Positions 1 through 10,843 of a DNA stretch of 64,000 nt are shown here, one piece after another. Location: contig JBBRUX010000012.1 in the NCBI GenBank assembly GCA_038247415.1, forward strand, positions 22,339 to 86,338. Direction: 5' to 3'. The notes beneath the pieces were generated by a model. The model searched no databases, was not told the DNA's origin, and saw nothing but the letters and a program-made list of their open reading frames with translations. Origin of the DNA: Chitinivibrionales bacterium (GTDB taxonomy: Bacteria; Fibrobacterota; Chitinivibrionia; Chitinivibrionales; WJKA01). Both the position numbers and the translations under genes were made by a program. How positions within the stretch are numbered: the stretch's first letter is position 1; each line of letters opens with the position of its first letter.

Positions 1-640
1 TTGTTTGCGTTTGAGAAAGAAGCTTTTGGGTAGTATTCACCACCGGAGGCACTGTAGCATCTGCCAATTTCACCCAGCCATGGAGCGAATTTGATAAAGA
101 ATCTATGGCGTCAAATACTTCATTAAAGCTCTTGGAAAATGATTTTTTTGTTGCACTTCCAAGCGCAAAGGTATCTGAAATTTCACGGAATCGTTTAACT
201 TCCGCTTTAAGTTTCCAGGCAAACCCAATAGCTTCGGAAATTCCGGGTGAAAATGTTCCGACCAGAGTATCTGCCGCCGAAATAAGTGGTCGAGATGGAT
301 CCCCACACAAGATAGAAATAACCCGCTCTCCCATAATGCCTTTATCTACCGTTGTGATTGAATAGCCTTCATGTAGCTCTAGTTTCTTGTGTGTAACAAT
401 GGTTGCAATGGCACGACCTTCTTGCTGCTCATGATCAAGAATAATGTTTTTAATAGAACCAATTGCTCCTCCATTGACCGTTACCAGGTCATCGATGCGA
501 AGATTGGGCAATTGGGAAAATGCAATTACCCGCTTATCTGCAGGAAAATTGGCAGAGATGCCGATATATACGCACAATGTGGCAGAAAAAAGCAAAATTC
601 CGCTTATGACGATATATCCAAGTCGTGTGTCGCTTTTCAT
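1..640 (-). CDS. MlaD/MCE-family protein (runs off the window edge)
   Basis: Not in the ORF track. Manual translation from ATG 640: MKSDTRLGYIVISGILLFSATLCVYIG (TM anchor)...LPNLRIDDLVTVNGGAIGSIKNI...DKGIMGERVISI, an MCE-type pattern; frame open to base 1. Confidence 0.7.
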   Translation of the reverse strand, partial: MKSDTRLGYIVISGILLFSATLCVYIGISANFPADKRVIAFSQLPNLRIDDLVTVNGGAIGSIKNIILDHEQQEGRAIATIVTHKKLELHEGYSITTVDKGIMGERVISILCGDPSRPLISAADTLVGTFSPGISEAIGFAWKLKAEVKRFREISDTFALGSATKKSFSKSFNEVFDAIDSLSNSLHGWVKLADATVPPVVNTTQKLLSQTQT

Positions 641-662
641 GCGAATCCATTTCGTTTAAGCT

Positions 663-690
663 TAAAGGTTTAAGAAACTTATACCGATAC
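663..690 (+). promoter_or_regulatory. Possible sigma-28 promoter of fliD
   Basis: TAAA-N16-ACCGATAC versus consensus TAAA-N15-GCCGATAA, upstream of fliD. Confidence 0.5.
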
Positions 691-745
691 TATAAATATA
701 CCGTTTTGCACTTTGATTATTTGACAATTGTCTGGGAGGATTAGT

Positions 746-2713
746 ATGGGTATAACCATGAACGGCCCGTCGGGTCTGGATACAGCAAGCATTATCGATC
801 AGCTTGTTAATCTGGAGACCTCTACACGGGTAACGCCAATCCAACGACAGAAAGCTACCTTTCAAATTAAAATCGATGCATACTCGAAAATGCAATCGTA
901 TATAAATGACATTGGCTCTAAAGCATCGGCTATTTCGGATGAGGCTGCCTTTAATGTTTACAAAACAACAACAACTAATAAAGATGTTGCAACGCTTACA
1001 GGAACTACGGGTAGTGTTGCAGGTGCCTATGACGTAAAAGTTTTCGGGCTTGCTACCTACGAAAAATTAATTAGTCTCGATGGAAAAATTACCGACCAAA
1101 ATGCAGCGCTGAGCACCTTGGGAATTTCAACCGGTGCAATAACTATCGATGGCACTTCACTTACGGTAACTAACACCGATACGCTCCAGGATTTGCGCTC
1201 AAAAATTAATTCTGCCACCGATGCAACGGGTAAAAAACTTAATGTTACCGCCACGGTGCTTAAAGTTGCAGATAATAATTATCGGTTGGTTCTTACGGCC
1301 AAAAATACGGGCAATGCTGGAGTTGTGTATAAAGGCGATACCTTTGCATCTCTGGGTGTGATTGCCGATTCTATTACAGGCGACAAAGGATCAAAATCAC
1401 AGATCGTTACTTCCGCAGCTGATATTTCATCGGCATTTAATGCGTTAGTCACCGGCGACGTTATTACCTATGGTGGTACCGATTCATTTGGAAATGCTGT
1501 AACCGGACGATACGTTATTCCTGCAACAAAAGATATAAATGAATTACGCAAGAACATAGAAAATGCGTTTCATGGTAGTATGACTACGTCAATAGATGTT
1601 TCTGGCAAATTACTTTTAACAGCTAATAATCAGGGTGATTCTGCCGCGAGTATGACAAGCTTTTCTATGGGTGCAACTCCATATGCTTTTTCTACCACTC
1701 AAGCAGGATCTCCCGGTGCTGGCATTCTAACAACGGGCAAAGATGCCTATTTTGGTATCGATGGCATTTCTATGCGTTCGACAACCAATTCTGCCACAGG
1801 GTTTGTTGCAGGTGTTACTCTTTCTATGGTTAAAGTTTCGGCAACAGAATCAATTCATTTAGAAATAGCACGTGACGGCGATGCAGTGGTTGCAAAAGTA
1901 CAGAGCCTCTTGGACTCCTTTAATGCACTTGTTCGCTTTGGTAAAGAGCAAACCGCCTATGGCGATCCAAAACTCAAAACGCGCAAAAAGGGCGACCTCG
2001 CAGGCGATATGACTATCACCAGTGCGATTGGTCAATTTAGAACTCTTTTCCAAAAGCAGTTTGGGGCATTTGGTGGAAATTTCCAGAACTTGGCGAATAT
2101 AGGGCTTAAAACAGATTATTCAACTGCCGAAATTTCAATTGACAAGGATAAACTTAAGGCATCCTTGGATACAAATTTTGATGAAGTTGTTCGTATGTTT
2201 GTAACACGGGGAGTTACCGATAATACCAGTGTAGCAATGGGCAGATCAACCAAAGATACGACCTCGGGAAAATATTCGCTCGAAGAAATTAGTAGCAATA
2301 CTCAAATTCGAGCTCAGCTTATTGGAGGCGATGGAACGTGGTTTACATCGGACGTTCGGGATAATGATATTGTTTCTTTTTCGAGTGGTCCACTTAAAGG
2401 GCTTTCTCTGACTGCTCCGGCAAATAGTATTCCCGCACTAACTCCTACAACTTTTACTTTTCAGAAAGGCTTATCGGCAACGTTTAAAGAACTTGCAGAT
2501 GGTCTTACTACCACGCAAACGGGGCTTATTGCAACACGTCAAGCATCGTTTCAACGCAGCATGGATGATGCCGATAAGCGTATTGCCGATCAGCAGAATA
2601 GGATTGCAGAGTATAAATTGCGCCTTACCAATCAATTTAGCGCTATGGAGCAAGCCATACAAAAGATGAAATCTCAATCTGTCAATATGACCAATCAAAT
2701 CAAATCAAATTAA
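746..2713 (+). CDS. fliD: Flagellar filament cap protein FliD
   Basis: N-terminal SGLDTASIIDQLV, C-terminal RLTNQFSAMEQAIQKMKSQ; GGAGG RBS before ATG 746; followed by fliS. Confidence 0.95.
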   Translation: MGITMNGPSGLDTASIIDQLVNLETSTRVTPIQRQKATFQIKIDAYSKMQSYINDIGSKASAISDEAAFNVYKTTTTNKDVATLTGTTGSVAGAYDVKVFGLATYEKLISLDGKITDQNAALSTLGISTGAITIDGTSLTVTNTDTLQDLRSKINSATDATGKKLNVTATVLKVADNNYRLVLTAKNTGNAGVVYKGDTFASLGVIADSITGDKGSKSQIVTSAADISSAFNALVTGDVITYGGTDSFGNAVTGRYVIPATKDINELRKNIENAFHGSMTTSIDVSGKLLLTANNQGDSAASMTSFSMGATPYAFSTTQAGSPGAGILTTGKDAYFGIDGISMRSTTNSATGFVAGVTLSMVKVSATESIHLEIARDGDAVVAKVQSLLDSFNALVRFGKEQTAYGDPKLKTRKKGDLAGDMTITSAIGQFRTLFQKQFGAFGGNFQNLANIGLKTDYSTAEISIDKDKLKASLDTNFDEVVRMFVTRGVTDNTSVAMGRSTKDTTSGKYSLEEISSNTQIRAQLIGGDGTWFTSDVRDNDIVSFSSGPLKGLSLTAPANSIPALTPTTFTFQKGLSATFKELADGLTTTQTGLIATRQASFQRSMDDADKRIADQQNRIAEYKLRLTNQFSAMEQAIQKMKSQSVNMTNQIKSN

Positions 2714-2731
2714 AAGCTCACGAGGTGGATC

Positions 2732-3160
2732 ATGCAAAGCGCGTACACGACCTACAAAAATGTTACTGTTGATACAGCCGATCAGGGAAAATTAATCCTA
2801 ATTTCCTATGATGTTGCTATCAAGAGCTGCAAAATTGCCCTCGAAAAATTTGATGATCCTACTTTGATCGAAGAACGAACCAAGGCTCTTTTTAAAGCTC
2901 AGGATGCAATTACCGAACTTATGGTAGCCCTTCGCATGGATGTTGGGGAGATATCAAGGAATTTGTACCGGCTGTATGAGTACTTTTTGCATCGATTGGT
3001 TCAGGCAAATGTAAAGAGCGAATCTGCACCAGTACAAGAAATTGTAGGGTACCTGGTAGATTTACGAGATGCTTGGTCTCAGGCCATACTCTCACTTAAA
3101 AAGGAAGCACTTGTAACCACCCCTGTCGAAGCACTCGAAAGCTTTGCAATTACAGGATAA
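2732..3160 (+). CDS. fliS: Flagellin export chaperone FliS
   Basis: AYTTYK..V.TA, KAQDAITELMVAL, NLYRLYEY, LRDAW motifs. Confidence 0.95.
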   Translation: MQSAYTTYKNVTVDTADQGKLILISYDVAIKSCKIALEKFDDPTLIEERTKALFKAQDAITELMVALRMDVGEISRNLYRLYEYFLHRLVQANVKSESAPVQEIVGYLVDLRDAWSQAILSLKKEALVTTPVEALESFAITG

Positions 3161-3166
3161 TATGCT

Positions 3167-3562
3167 ATGAATACAATACCTTTAGAGTCGCTCTTGCACT
3201 CTGTTATCGAGTGGTATAAAAAAGTATACTCATCCACAGCGGCACTCGGATGTAATCCTCATTTTGAGTCGATTGAAATGGTTTTAGAGCGCCGCGAGAG
3301 CTACATCGCGAGCGCTGCAGAGCTTGTTGCCCGGCTTGATGCAGAATTTCCACTGTGGAGAACGGCACAGGAATCGAGTGTTCAATTGTTACGTCAAGAA
3401 CTCCACGCTCTCATACATAACACAATCCAAAGCGATGCTCTTGTGGAAAAACTTTTAGAACGCAGGAAGGCAGAAGTGAAGAAGCAATTGTCGGTTATTG
3501 GCACAACTGCGCGTGCAACAAAAGGGTACATAACCTCAAAGTCTCTAGTCATGTCTGCATAG
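3167..3562 (+). CDS. FliT/FlgN-like helical flagellar chaperone
   Basis: 131 aa all-helical protein directly after fliD-fliS, ending ATKGY; positional inference. Confidence 0.55.
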   Translation: MNTIPLESLLHSVIEWYKKVYSSTAALGCNPHFESIEMVLERRESYIASAAELVARLDAEFPLWRTAQESSVQLLRQELHALIHNTIQSDALVEKLLERRKAEVKKQLSVIGTTARATKGYITSKSLVMSA

Positions 3563-3566
3563 CGAT

Positions 3567-5672
3567 TCACGAGAGTGCTGTATGCGGCTCAAAAACAGTA
3601 GGTTGATGCTCGTGGTGAGCTTTCATTTGCATAAGTGTTTCTTTATAAATTGCCTCCTGCGCATTAGCCCCGGCTTTTTTAAGAGCAAGTTGCCCCCGCT
3701 GCCATCCTTTTTTTTCGGATAATTTCCACGCATTGCGGTTTTCTAAAAAGTACTTGTCGAGAAGTGACGTGAGTTTTTTTGCGCTTACAGTATCTTCTAT
3801 TGGGACAAAGAGTTCAACTCTTTTGTCAAGATTTCGCGGCATCCAATCGGCTGTGGAAATAAAAACTTTTTCAGCACCGCCATTACAGAAATGAAAGATG
3901 CGAGCATGCTCGAGAAATCGGTCCACAATGCTTATAACGGTGATCTTTTCACTGATTTTGGGAACACCGGGAACAAGGCAGCAAATACCTCGAATATTAA
4001 GTGATATGGTAACACCAGCTTTAGATGCTTTGTAAAGCGATGCGATGATCTGTGGATCGACCAAGGAATTCATCTTGGCACGAATATAAGCTGCGTGGCC
4101 TTGTTTTTTATGTTCGATTTCGTTTTCTATTAAATCAACAATACTTTGTCGCAGGCCCAATGGGGCCGCTTCAACTTTACGAAAAGGTTGGGGTTGTGAG
4201 AAACCGGTGATTGCATTAAAAAACGCAGTTGCATCGGCCCCAAGATCTGGATCGGCGGTAAGAAAGCTTGCATCGCAATATAATTTTGCGGTATTCTCGT
4301 TATAATTGCCTGTTCCAAAGTGAATGTAGCGCATAATGCCGGTTGCTTCTCTGCGTACCACCAAACAAATTTTTGCATGGGTTTTAAACCGCTTTACGCC
4401 ATATAAAACATGCACTCCAGAATCCTCGAGTTCGCGTGCCCATTCGATATTGCGAGCTTCATCAAAGCGCGCTTTGAGCTCAACTATTGCCGTTACATTT
4501 TTACCGGCTCGTGCAGCGCGCATGAGAGCTGCAACAATCGCGCTATCTGAACTTGTTCGGTATAATATTTGTTTGATTGCCACAACATCCGGGTCGTCGG
4601 CAGCATCGGAGATAAGCTTTACAACAGGATCAAAACTTTCGAATGGATGATAGAGCAGGATGTTTTCTGTTGCTAAACGAGTAAAAATAGATTTACCAGC
4701 AGGAATAAAAACCGTTTTGCAAGGCGCCCATGGGGCGTAGCGAAGGGCATCATAACCGCTGAGATTGGCCACATGCATGAATGCAGAGCCATCGATCGGT
4801 GATTGCAGTTCAAATACAAAAGATGGCTTAATATTCATTGAACGCATCAGAAATTCTCGAATTGTTTTAGACATGGTTGCTGTGGTCTGAAGGCAGACAA
4901 AATGGCCATGTTTTCGTGCATTTATTACTTCTTCCATTTCCGAGAGCAGGTCGCACGCTTCATCTTCGCGCACTGCCAAATCGGCATTTCGCATGATCCG
5001 AAAGCAAGCTGTTTCTATAATTTCTTCCCCGGGAAAAAAACGGGCAGCAAACATTTCAACTACTTCTTCGATTAAGACAAATTGATAATTCGTGCGGCTT
5101 GGGAGAAGAATAAACCGAGGTATATTGCGTGTGATGGGTAACACTGCAAAGCGAATTTTTTGAGTTGTTTTTTTAGATTCGTTTGTTAATCGAACGCCCA
5201 CATGTAAATGTCGGTTGAATATGAGCGAAAAATCTTTCGAATCGACAAGGGCCATGGGAGAGAGGATCGGGAATACTTCTGTTTCGAAAACCGTTTCCAG
5301 GTGTGTCCGTGATGCTTCGTCGAGTTCGGCTGTATCTGCGTGTACAATGCCATAGCTTTGCAATGCTGCCATTATGGCGGTATGGGAAATGTCTTGCTCC
5401 TGATGCATGTGGGCAAGACGGGTAGCGCATGCCGCTAGCTGGGTAGCATAATCGAGGCCGCTTGGATCATTTGAGAGGTTGTCCCGATCGAGGGTGCATT
5501 GCTGCAGTCCGCCAATCCGCACCATGTAAAATTCATCGAGGTTTGAGTGGCTTATCGAGAGAAATTTGAGCCGTTCCAAAAGGGGGGTATCCGGGCTGTT
5601 TGCTAATGCGATGATCCTCTGGTTGAAATCGAGCCAGCTTAATTCACGATTAAAATACGGAAGTGATTTCAT
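3567..5672 (-). CDS. ppk1: Polyphosphate kinase 1
   Basis: YFNRELSWLDFN, ELKARFDE, KTHAK, GTGNYN, DRFLEHARI, ADWMPRNL. Confidence 0.97.
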   Translation of the reverse strand: MKSLPYFNRELSWLDFNQRIIALANSPDTPLLERLKFLSISHSNLDEFYMVRIGGLQQCTLDRDNLSNDPSGLDYATQLAACATRLAHMHQEQDISHTAIMAALQSYGIVHADTAELDEASRTHLETVFETEVFPILSPMALVDSKDFSLIFNRHLHVGVRLTNESKKTTQKIRFAVLPITRNIPRFILLPSRTNYQFVLIEEVVEMFAARFFPGEEIIETACFRIMRNADLAVREDEACDLLSEMEEVINARKHGHFVCLQTTATMSKTIREFLMRSMNIKPSFVFELQSPIDGSAFMHVANLSGYDALRYAPWAPCKTVFIPAGKSIFTRLATENILLYHPFESFDPVVKLISDAADDPDVVAIKQILYRTSSDSAIVAALMRAARAGKNVTAIVELKARFDEARNIEWARELEDSGVHVLYGVKRFKTHAKICLVVRREATGIMRYIHFGTGNYNENTAKLYCDASFLTADPDLGADATAFFNAITGFSQPQPFRKVEAAPLGLRQSIVDLIENEIEHKKQGHAAYIRAKMNSLVDPQIIASLYKASKAGVTISLNIRGICCLVPGVPKISEKITVISIVDRFLEHARIFHFCNGGAEKVFISTADWMPRNLDKRVELFVPIEDTVSAKKLTSLLDKYFLENRNAWKLSEKKGWQRGQLALKKAGANAQEAIYKETLMQMKAHHEHQPTVFEPHTALS

Positions 5673-5680
5673 AGTGTTTT

Positions 5681-7267
5681 CTATAGGTCGTTAGAATGTT
5701 TGCGCAAAACAACGGGGTGTCCATACACTTCTTCAAACATGTTTGCTTTATTCTGGAGAGAAAATTGTTCCAAAGAGAGTTCGTCTATATCGCGCACTGC
5801 AATAATAAAACGGCTTTCTTCGAGAAAGCATTTGATATTTTTAACACGTTGAGAATGGGATCTGTCAAGCGCATCTGCAACACGCAAGATTGCAGCGAGC
5901 TTTGTTACGATAAGTCGATCGGTACGGTCGAGTTGCATATATTCAATGTGATCGGGGCGAGGGGTTGCTTTTCGGTGATAGCGGGCAATAAGCGAAACTA
6001 TGATAATTTCTTTGTTGGTTAGACCAAAAAGATCGCTATTTTGGATAAGATACATCGAGTGTTTGTGATGGCTACGCGTGCTTACAAAAAGCCCAATGTC
6101 ATGAACGTGGGCAGCAACCGAGAGCAGCATTTCTTCCCAAAATCCAAGGCAATGTTCCGGTTGGCATATGCGAAAAATCTCGCGGGCGAGAAGCGAGACA
6201 TGTTCGGCGTGGCTTTCGTCGGTTTCATATTTGCGACCAATTTCACGCGCAGAAGAAATGATTTGAGATGCAAAGTTTTCTACCCATGATCCCCGTCGAG
6301 CCATTTCCATAAGTAATCCGTGACGCATGGAAATTTCGGTGGCAAAAACCGTTTTGACTTGCAATGCTTTGGCAAGCCGAACATAAAAAAGCAGCGCTGG
6401 CCCAATCGTTTCGGCATCTGCAAATGTTAAATGGTGCGTTTTAACCAGATCATTGACTTCACACGAAGCAATGGTGTCGGTAAGTTTACTAAGCGCGCTC
6501 ACCGATAGTGCAAGAGGAGTGTGGCCATTCCAGGAGGGGTGTAGGGTGCTTGCTGCAAACCGAAGGTCGCCGCCAACTGGAAGTATCGTAAGTGGCTTTG
6601 TGGTATCGATTGATCGCTTAATTTGATTAATGGTACGGCTCATTTGTTCCTGGATAAGTGTTTTTCCAGCAGAGAGCACCCCGTGAAATGATTCGAGCTC
6701 CTGGCGAATGCGCAATGAGCCCATACGAAATGATTGGGAAAGCCTCACATTGCCTTTGTTGATATACACTAATTCGGTGTTGCCACCGCCCACCTCAATA
6801 ATGAGCGTGTTGTCAAATGAAACTTCTTTACCCGATCCAAGATTAGCATAGGCAGATAAATACGTTAGCCTGGTAACATCGATGTCTTCGATTGGTTCAA
6901 CAACAAATCCTGTAGAAACTAATATTCTGTCAATAAAGGCATCTTTATTGGTGGCCTCACGTACTGCAGCGGTTGCAATAGCGCGAATGTGCTTTGGTGA
7001 GATTATTCCGTATTCATCGAGTTTTAGTCTGAAACTCTTAAGCGTCTTAACACATTCTTCGATGGAAGTTTTTTTAATAAAACCTTTTGTAAAGGTATCT
7101 TTGCCAAGAGAAATAGATTGAAAAAGAAATTCGATAGGGTGCACTTTCCCCATAGAGTCTATTTGAGCAATGGTCATTCGAATTGCCGTTGTGCCGATAT
7201 CGATAGCGGCCAAGGGTGGCAGCGATACTGGTAGTGTTTGAGATACTTTTTTTTGTCGTGAAGGCAT
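5681..7267 (-). CDS. ppx: Ppx/GppA exopolyphosphatase with HD domain
   Basis: AAIDIGT, ATAAVREATN, EVGGGNTE, HDIG..SHHKHS, LRVADALD. Confidence 0.92.
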   Translation of the reverse strand: MPSRQKKVSQTLPVSLPPLAAIDIGTTAIRMTIAQIDSMGKVHPIEFLFQSISLGKDTFTKGFIKKTSIEECVKTLKSFRLKLDEYGIISPKHIRAIATAAVREATNKDAFIDRILVSTGFVVEPIEDIDVTRLTYLSAYANLGSGKEVSFDNTLIIEVGGGNTELVYINKGNVRLSQSFRMGSLRIRQELESFHGVLSAGKTLIQEQMSRTINQIKRSIDTTKPLTILPVGGDLRFAASTLHPSWNGHTPLALSVSALSKLTDTIASCEVNDLVKTHHLTFADAETIGPALLFYVRLAKALQVKTVFATEISMRHGLLMEMARRGSWVENFASQIISSAREIGRKYETDESHAEHVSLLAREIFRICQPEHCLGFWEEMLLSVAAHVHDIGLFVSTRSHHKHSMYLIQNSDLFGLTNKEIIIVSLIARYHRKATPRPDHIEYMQLDRTDRLIVTKLAAILRVADALDRSHSQRVKNIKCFLEESRFIIAVRDIDELSLEQFSLQNKANMFEEVYGHPVVLRKHSNDL

Positions 7268-7279
7268 TTTACATTTTCC

Positions 7280-8260
7280 TCATTGTGAAGATTGCCGTGC
7301 GAATGAAGCGGCACCAAGAGATACCGCATCGTCTCCAAGAGAGGCGAGGGCTATGGTGTATTGCTGTTTATAGGCACCTAAAACATACTTTTCGACAGTG
7401 TCTGAAATCTCTTTTTTGTAAAGAATTGGCATCGCTTCAACAAGTCCGCCTCCAAGTATAATTACATCGGGAGCTAAAACATTTACCATGCTCGCAAGAG
7501 CTTTGCCTACCCATTGTGCTGAGGTTCTAACAATGTTTTCGATAATTATATCTCCGCCTGCAATCGATTCTGCAAGCGTCCCACTTCTGACAGCTGCGAT
7601 ATCTGTTCCTGCAAGTTGAGCAAGTTTTGGGGCTTCTCCGCGGGCGATTGCTATAACTGCAGCAGCAGCAATAGCCATGCGACCAGAAAGTGCTTCGAGG
7701 CAGCCACGTTGGCCGCATCCGCACAGCGGTCCCTCGGGAACCATTATCATGTGTCCAATTTCCATACACGAGCGGAGTGTTCCGCTAAAAATTGTTCCAT
7801 TAAAAACGCAGCCGCCGCCAATGCCTGTTCCCGGAAAAATTCCAAGAGCACAGCGTGCATTTTTTGCTGCACCCAGTTGATATTCACCAAAAATGCCTGC
7901 GTCAACATCGTTGATTACCCACACAGGGCAGTTAAATCGTTTTGAGACAATTGCCGATAAGCTTACCTTTTCCCAGCCCAAATTGGGGGCAGAAAGGATA
8001 ATTCCTTTACGGAGGTCGAGCATGCCCGGCGCCCCTATACCAATGCCGCCTAATTGCGCAGGGGTGATACTAGCTTCTGTCAATGCTTCAAAAATAAGAT
8101 CGATAAGGCGATCGATTGTTGCGGCAACACCCTCGGCTGCTTTTGTTTTCTTCTTGAGGCGTGTAATAATTTTGAGTGAATCATCCATGACCGCCGCGAG
8201 CATTTTGGTTCCGCCAAGGTCAAATCCCACCCAAAATTTTTTGCTTTGATCAGAAGCCAT
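7280..8260 (-). CDS. ROK-family sugar kinase (glucokinase-like)
   Basis: GFDLGGTK, GTGIGGG, EIGH, CGCGQRGCLE. Confidence 0.9.
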   Translation of the reverse strand: MASDQSKKFWVGFDLGGTKMLAAVMDDSLKIITRLKKKTKAAEGVAATIDRLIDLIFEALTEASITPAQLGGIGIGAPGMLDLRKGIILSAPNLGWEKVSLSAIVSKRFNCPVWVINDVDAGIFGEYQLGAAKNARCALGIFPGTGIGGGCVFNGTIFSGTLRSCMEIGHMIMVPEGPLCGCGQRGCLEALSGRMAIAAAAVIAIARGEAPKLAQLAGTDIAAVRSGTLAESIAGGDIIIENIVRTSAQWVGKALASMVNVLAPDVIILGGGLVEAMPILYKKEISDTVEKYVLGAYKQQYTIALASLGDDAVSLGAASFARQSSQ

Positions 8261-8352
8261 GTGATATCCTCAAATCTAAGTATAAATTAGTTATGTTAAC
8301 GAATTGTTAGTGTAAGAGTGCACTACGTTTCATGGGTAGTTTTAGATACACT

Positions 8353-9717
8353 TTAATTTTTAAAAAATTCCTGGTAGAGAGCATTGACAGCTGCGTGCTC
8401 GTTATTTGCATCGATGCCAAAAATAATGCTTATTTCCGAGCTTCCCTGGTTAGCAATTTTTATATTGACGCCTGCTCGGCTTAAAGATGCTGCAGCGGTT
8501 GCAAGAACGCCAACTTTATGTAAGAGGCCTTCCCCAACCACTGCTACCAAAGCTATGCCGAATTCTGTTCTAATTTTGTCGGGGTTTAGTTCGGTTTCTA
8601 TGTCTCTGACAATTGCATTTATAGTTTCGGGGGTAAGCTGACTTTGGTCAAGTATTACCGAAATGTTGTCGACGCCAGAGGGGCAGTGCTCATAAGAAAT
8701 GCCTCGATTTTCAAAAATGCCCAGAAGTCGTCGACCAAAACCTTTTTCGCGGTTCATGAGAAATTTCTCAAGAGTAAAACTGCAATAGCCACTTTTGCTT
8801 GCAATCCCGATTACATCCCGCTCGCTGGGGAGTCTTTGCGCTACAATGAGCGTCCCGTTATTATCGAGATTGTTGGTATTGCGAAGCCTAATGGGAATTT
8901 TTTTGCTCATTGTCGGGATAACAGCTTCTTCATGAAAAACATTAAACCCGATGTAGGAGAGCTCCCGCATTTCCTTATAGGTTAGCGCTTCTATTTGAAT
9001 GGGGTTCTCAACAATTTTTGGATTTGTGCAAAAAATACCATTGACATCAGTCCAGTTTTCGTATTCGGAAGCATCGGTAGCTTGCGCACAAATGGCTCCG
9101 GTAAGATCTGATCCTCCGCGACTAAATGTTGCAATTTCGCCGTTTTCGGTGATGCCAAAAAAACCAGGAAAGATGACTACCGATTTCTCACACAGTGTTT
9201 TGAGAATGCCCATCTTTTCGATTGCAAGGGGTGTTGGTTGAGCGTTACCAAAATCTTCTGTTACAATAAGCCCGGCTTGGGCAGGGGAGACATAGATCGC
9301 ATTAATTGAGCGTGTTTTGAGATATTCGGCAAATAGCTGCGCGTTGTAATCTTCTCCGGCGGCAACAATAAGGTCTCGCTGCCGAGAAGAATCTTTTGTG
9401 GGTGTACTAACGCGAGTATCTATATCATCAATAATCTTTTGAATGGTGTCGACAGGTACATCAAGCGCAGTATATAAATCGAGAAAACGCTTTTTAAGAT
9501 CTGCAATTTCACGAGCGCAGGGTTGATTAGTAGAAACTTTATTAAAAATTGCTATCAGAAGGTCGGTAACTTTTATCGTGATGCCAGGGCCTTTTCCCGG
9601 GGCAGAAACGACAATGAGTCTTCGCTGCGAATTAAGCGTAATGATTTTTTCGACTTGCTTAAGGTTTGTTGGGGTTGCAACAGACGTGCCTCCAAATTTT
9701 GAGACGACAATACTCAT
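8353..9717 (-). CDS. lysC: Aspartate kinase
   Basis: KFGGTS, TFSRGGSDLTG, WTDVNGI, C-terminal ACT domains; likely start MSIVVSK at 9717. Confidence 0.93.
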   Translation of the reverse strand: MSIVVSKFGGTSVATPTNLKQVEKIITLNSQRRLIVVSAPGKGPGITIKVTDLLIAIFNKVSTNQPCAREIADLKKRFLDLYTALDVPVDTIQKIIDDIDTRVSTPTKDSSRQRDLIVAAGEDYNAQLFAEYLKTRSINAIYVSPAQAGLIVTEDFGNAQPTPLAIEKMGILKTLCEKSVVIFPGFFGITENGEIATFSRGGSDLTGAICAQATDASEYENWTDVNGIFCTNPKIVENPIQIEALTYKEMRELSYIGFNVFHEEAVIPTMSKKIPIRLRNTNNLDNNGTLIVAQRLPSERDVIGIASKSGYCSFTLEKFLMNREKGFGRRLLGIFENRGISYEHCPSGVDNISVILDQSQLTPETINAIVRDIETELNPDKIRTEFGIALVAVVGEGLLHKVGVLATAAASLSRAGVNIKIANQGSSEISIIFGIDANNEHAAVNALYQEFFKN

Positions 9718-9822
9718 GAAAAATCTGCTCCTGTGTTCACTGAATAAAAAACTCAATACCGTTGTAAAAATACTATTTGGACTCTTCTCGGGCATAGAAA
9801 TTGGTTGAAATCGGTACGCTGA

Positions 9823-9851
9823 TTGACTTGAGTAGAGAGAAAACGTATTTT
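9823..9851 (+). promoter_or_regulatory. Possible sigma-70 promoter
   Basis: TTGACT-N17-TATTTT upstream of the sigma factor gene. Confidence 0.4.
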
Positions 9852-9922
9852 TTACGTGCAGCTATTGCGAGGCATCTGCTCTGAGCTACCGATTTAAACT
9901 TTTCTAATGGTTTTGGACTCCC

Positions 9923-10783
9923 ATGATTGACCCACATTTAGACCCTCCCCCTCGTCCGAGCGAAGACTTTTCTATTAAGCAGTATTTTAGAGAGATTTCG
10001 CGCTTTAAAGTGCTTTCGGCCGAAGAAGAGTCTAGCTTGGCTCTTCGAATTCGAAAGGGCGACCAGGATGCTCTCGATCAACTGGTTAGGGCAAATTTGC
10101 GTTTTGTTGTAAGTGTTTCCCGAAATTATCAGAACCAAGGGTTGCCTCTGGGCGATCTTATTAATGAGGGTAATCTTGGATTGCTTCGCGCTGCAAAACG
10201 GTTTGATGCGTCTCGCAATTTCAAATTTATTTCATACGCAGTATGGTGGATCCGTCAAGCAATACTCTGCGCTCTGGCCGACCAATCTCGTATTGTCAAA
10301 CTGCCACTTAATCGGGTTGGCACTATTCATTCGGTTCGCAAAACAGCAGGGGTGCTCGAACAGCAAAAAAGAAGAGCCCCATCACTCGAAGAAATCGCAC
10401 GGGAATTAGATATTGGGGTTGTAGAAGTACACGAGAGCATCAATCTTGGGATTCATTCTATTTCTCTTGACAGTCCGTCAAGGGGTGATGCCGATGCAAC
10501 GATGGGCGATTCGATCGGATATAACGATCAAGAGTCTGCGCATGAGAGTATGCATGCGCTCTTTTTATCAAAAGAAATTACCAGAGCCTTGGATTCTCTA
10601 TCAGAGCGGGAGCGGGAAGTTATAATACTCTTTTTTGGAATTGGCCAGAGCACCGCACATACACTCGAAGAAATTGCATCCCGATTTTCGATTTCGAGAG
10701 AGAGGGTTCGTCAAGTGAAAGAGAGGGCTATTGAGAGGCTACGACATTTGTCGAGAAGTAAACGATTAAAAGGTGCCCTTTAA
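9923..10783 (+). CDS. Short RpoD/SigA-family sigma-70 factor (no region 1.1)
   Basis: ANLRFVVSV, DLINEGNLGL, FKFISYAVWWIRQ, TLEEI..SRERVRQ. Confidence 0.92.
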   Translation: MIDPHLDPPPRPSEDFSIKQYFREISRFKVLSAEEESSLALRIRKGDQDALDQLVRANLRFVVSVSRNYQNQGLPLGDLINEGNLGLLRAAKRFDASRNFKFISYAVWWIRQAILCALADQSRIVKLPLNRVGTIHSVRKTAGVLEQQKRRAPSLEEIARELDIGVVEVHESINLGIHSISLDSPSRGDADATMGDSIGYNDQESAHESMHALFLSKEITRALDSLSEREREVIILFFGIGQSTAHTLEEIASRFSISRERVRQVKERAIERLRHLSRSKRLKGAL

Positions 10784-10785
10784 TA

Positions 10786-10833
10786 AAAAAGGCGAAGAAC
10801 CTTTATTGGAGATCTTCGCCTTGAATTTTTTTT
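10786..10833. terminator. Bidirectional intrinsic terminator
   Basis: AAGGCGAAGA...TCTTCGCCTT 10-bp stem flanked by an A tract and a T tract, between convergent genes. Confidence 0.8.
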
Positions 10834-10843
10834 AAAAGAATCC

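Noticed and set aside
103..673. Short ORF-track calls (67-94 aa) and similar shadow ORFs throughout
   Set aside because: They overlap better-supported genes (here the MlaD-like CDS) in other frames or strands and show no motifs.
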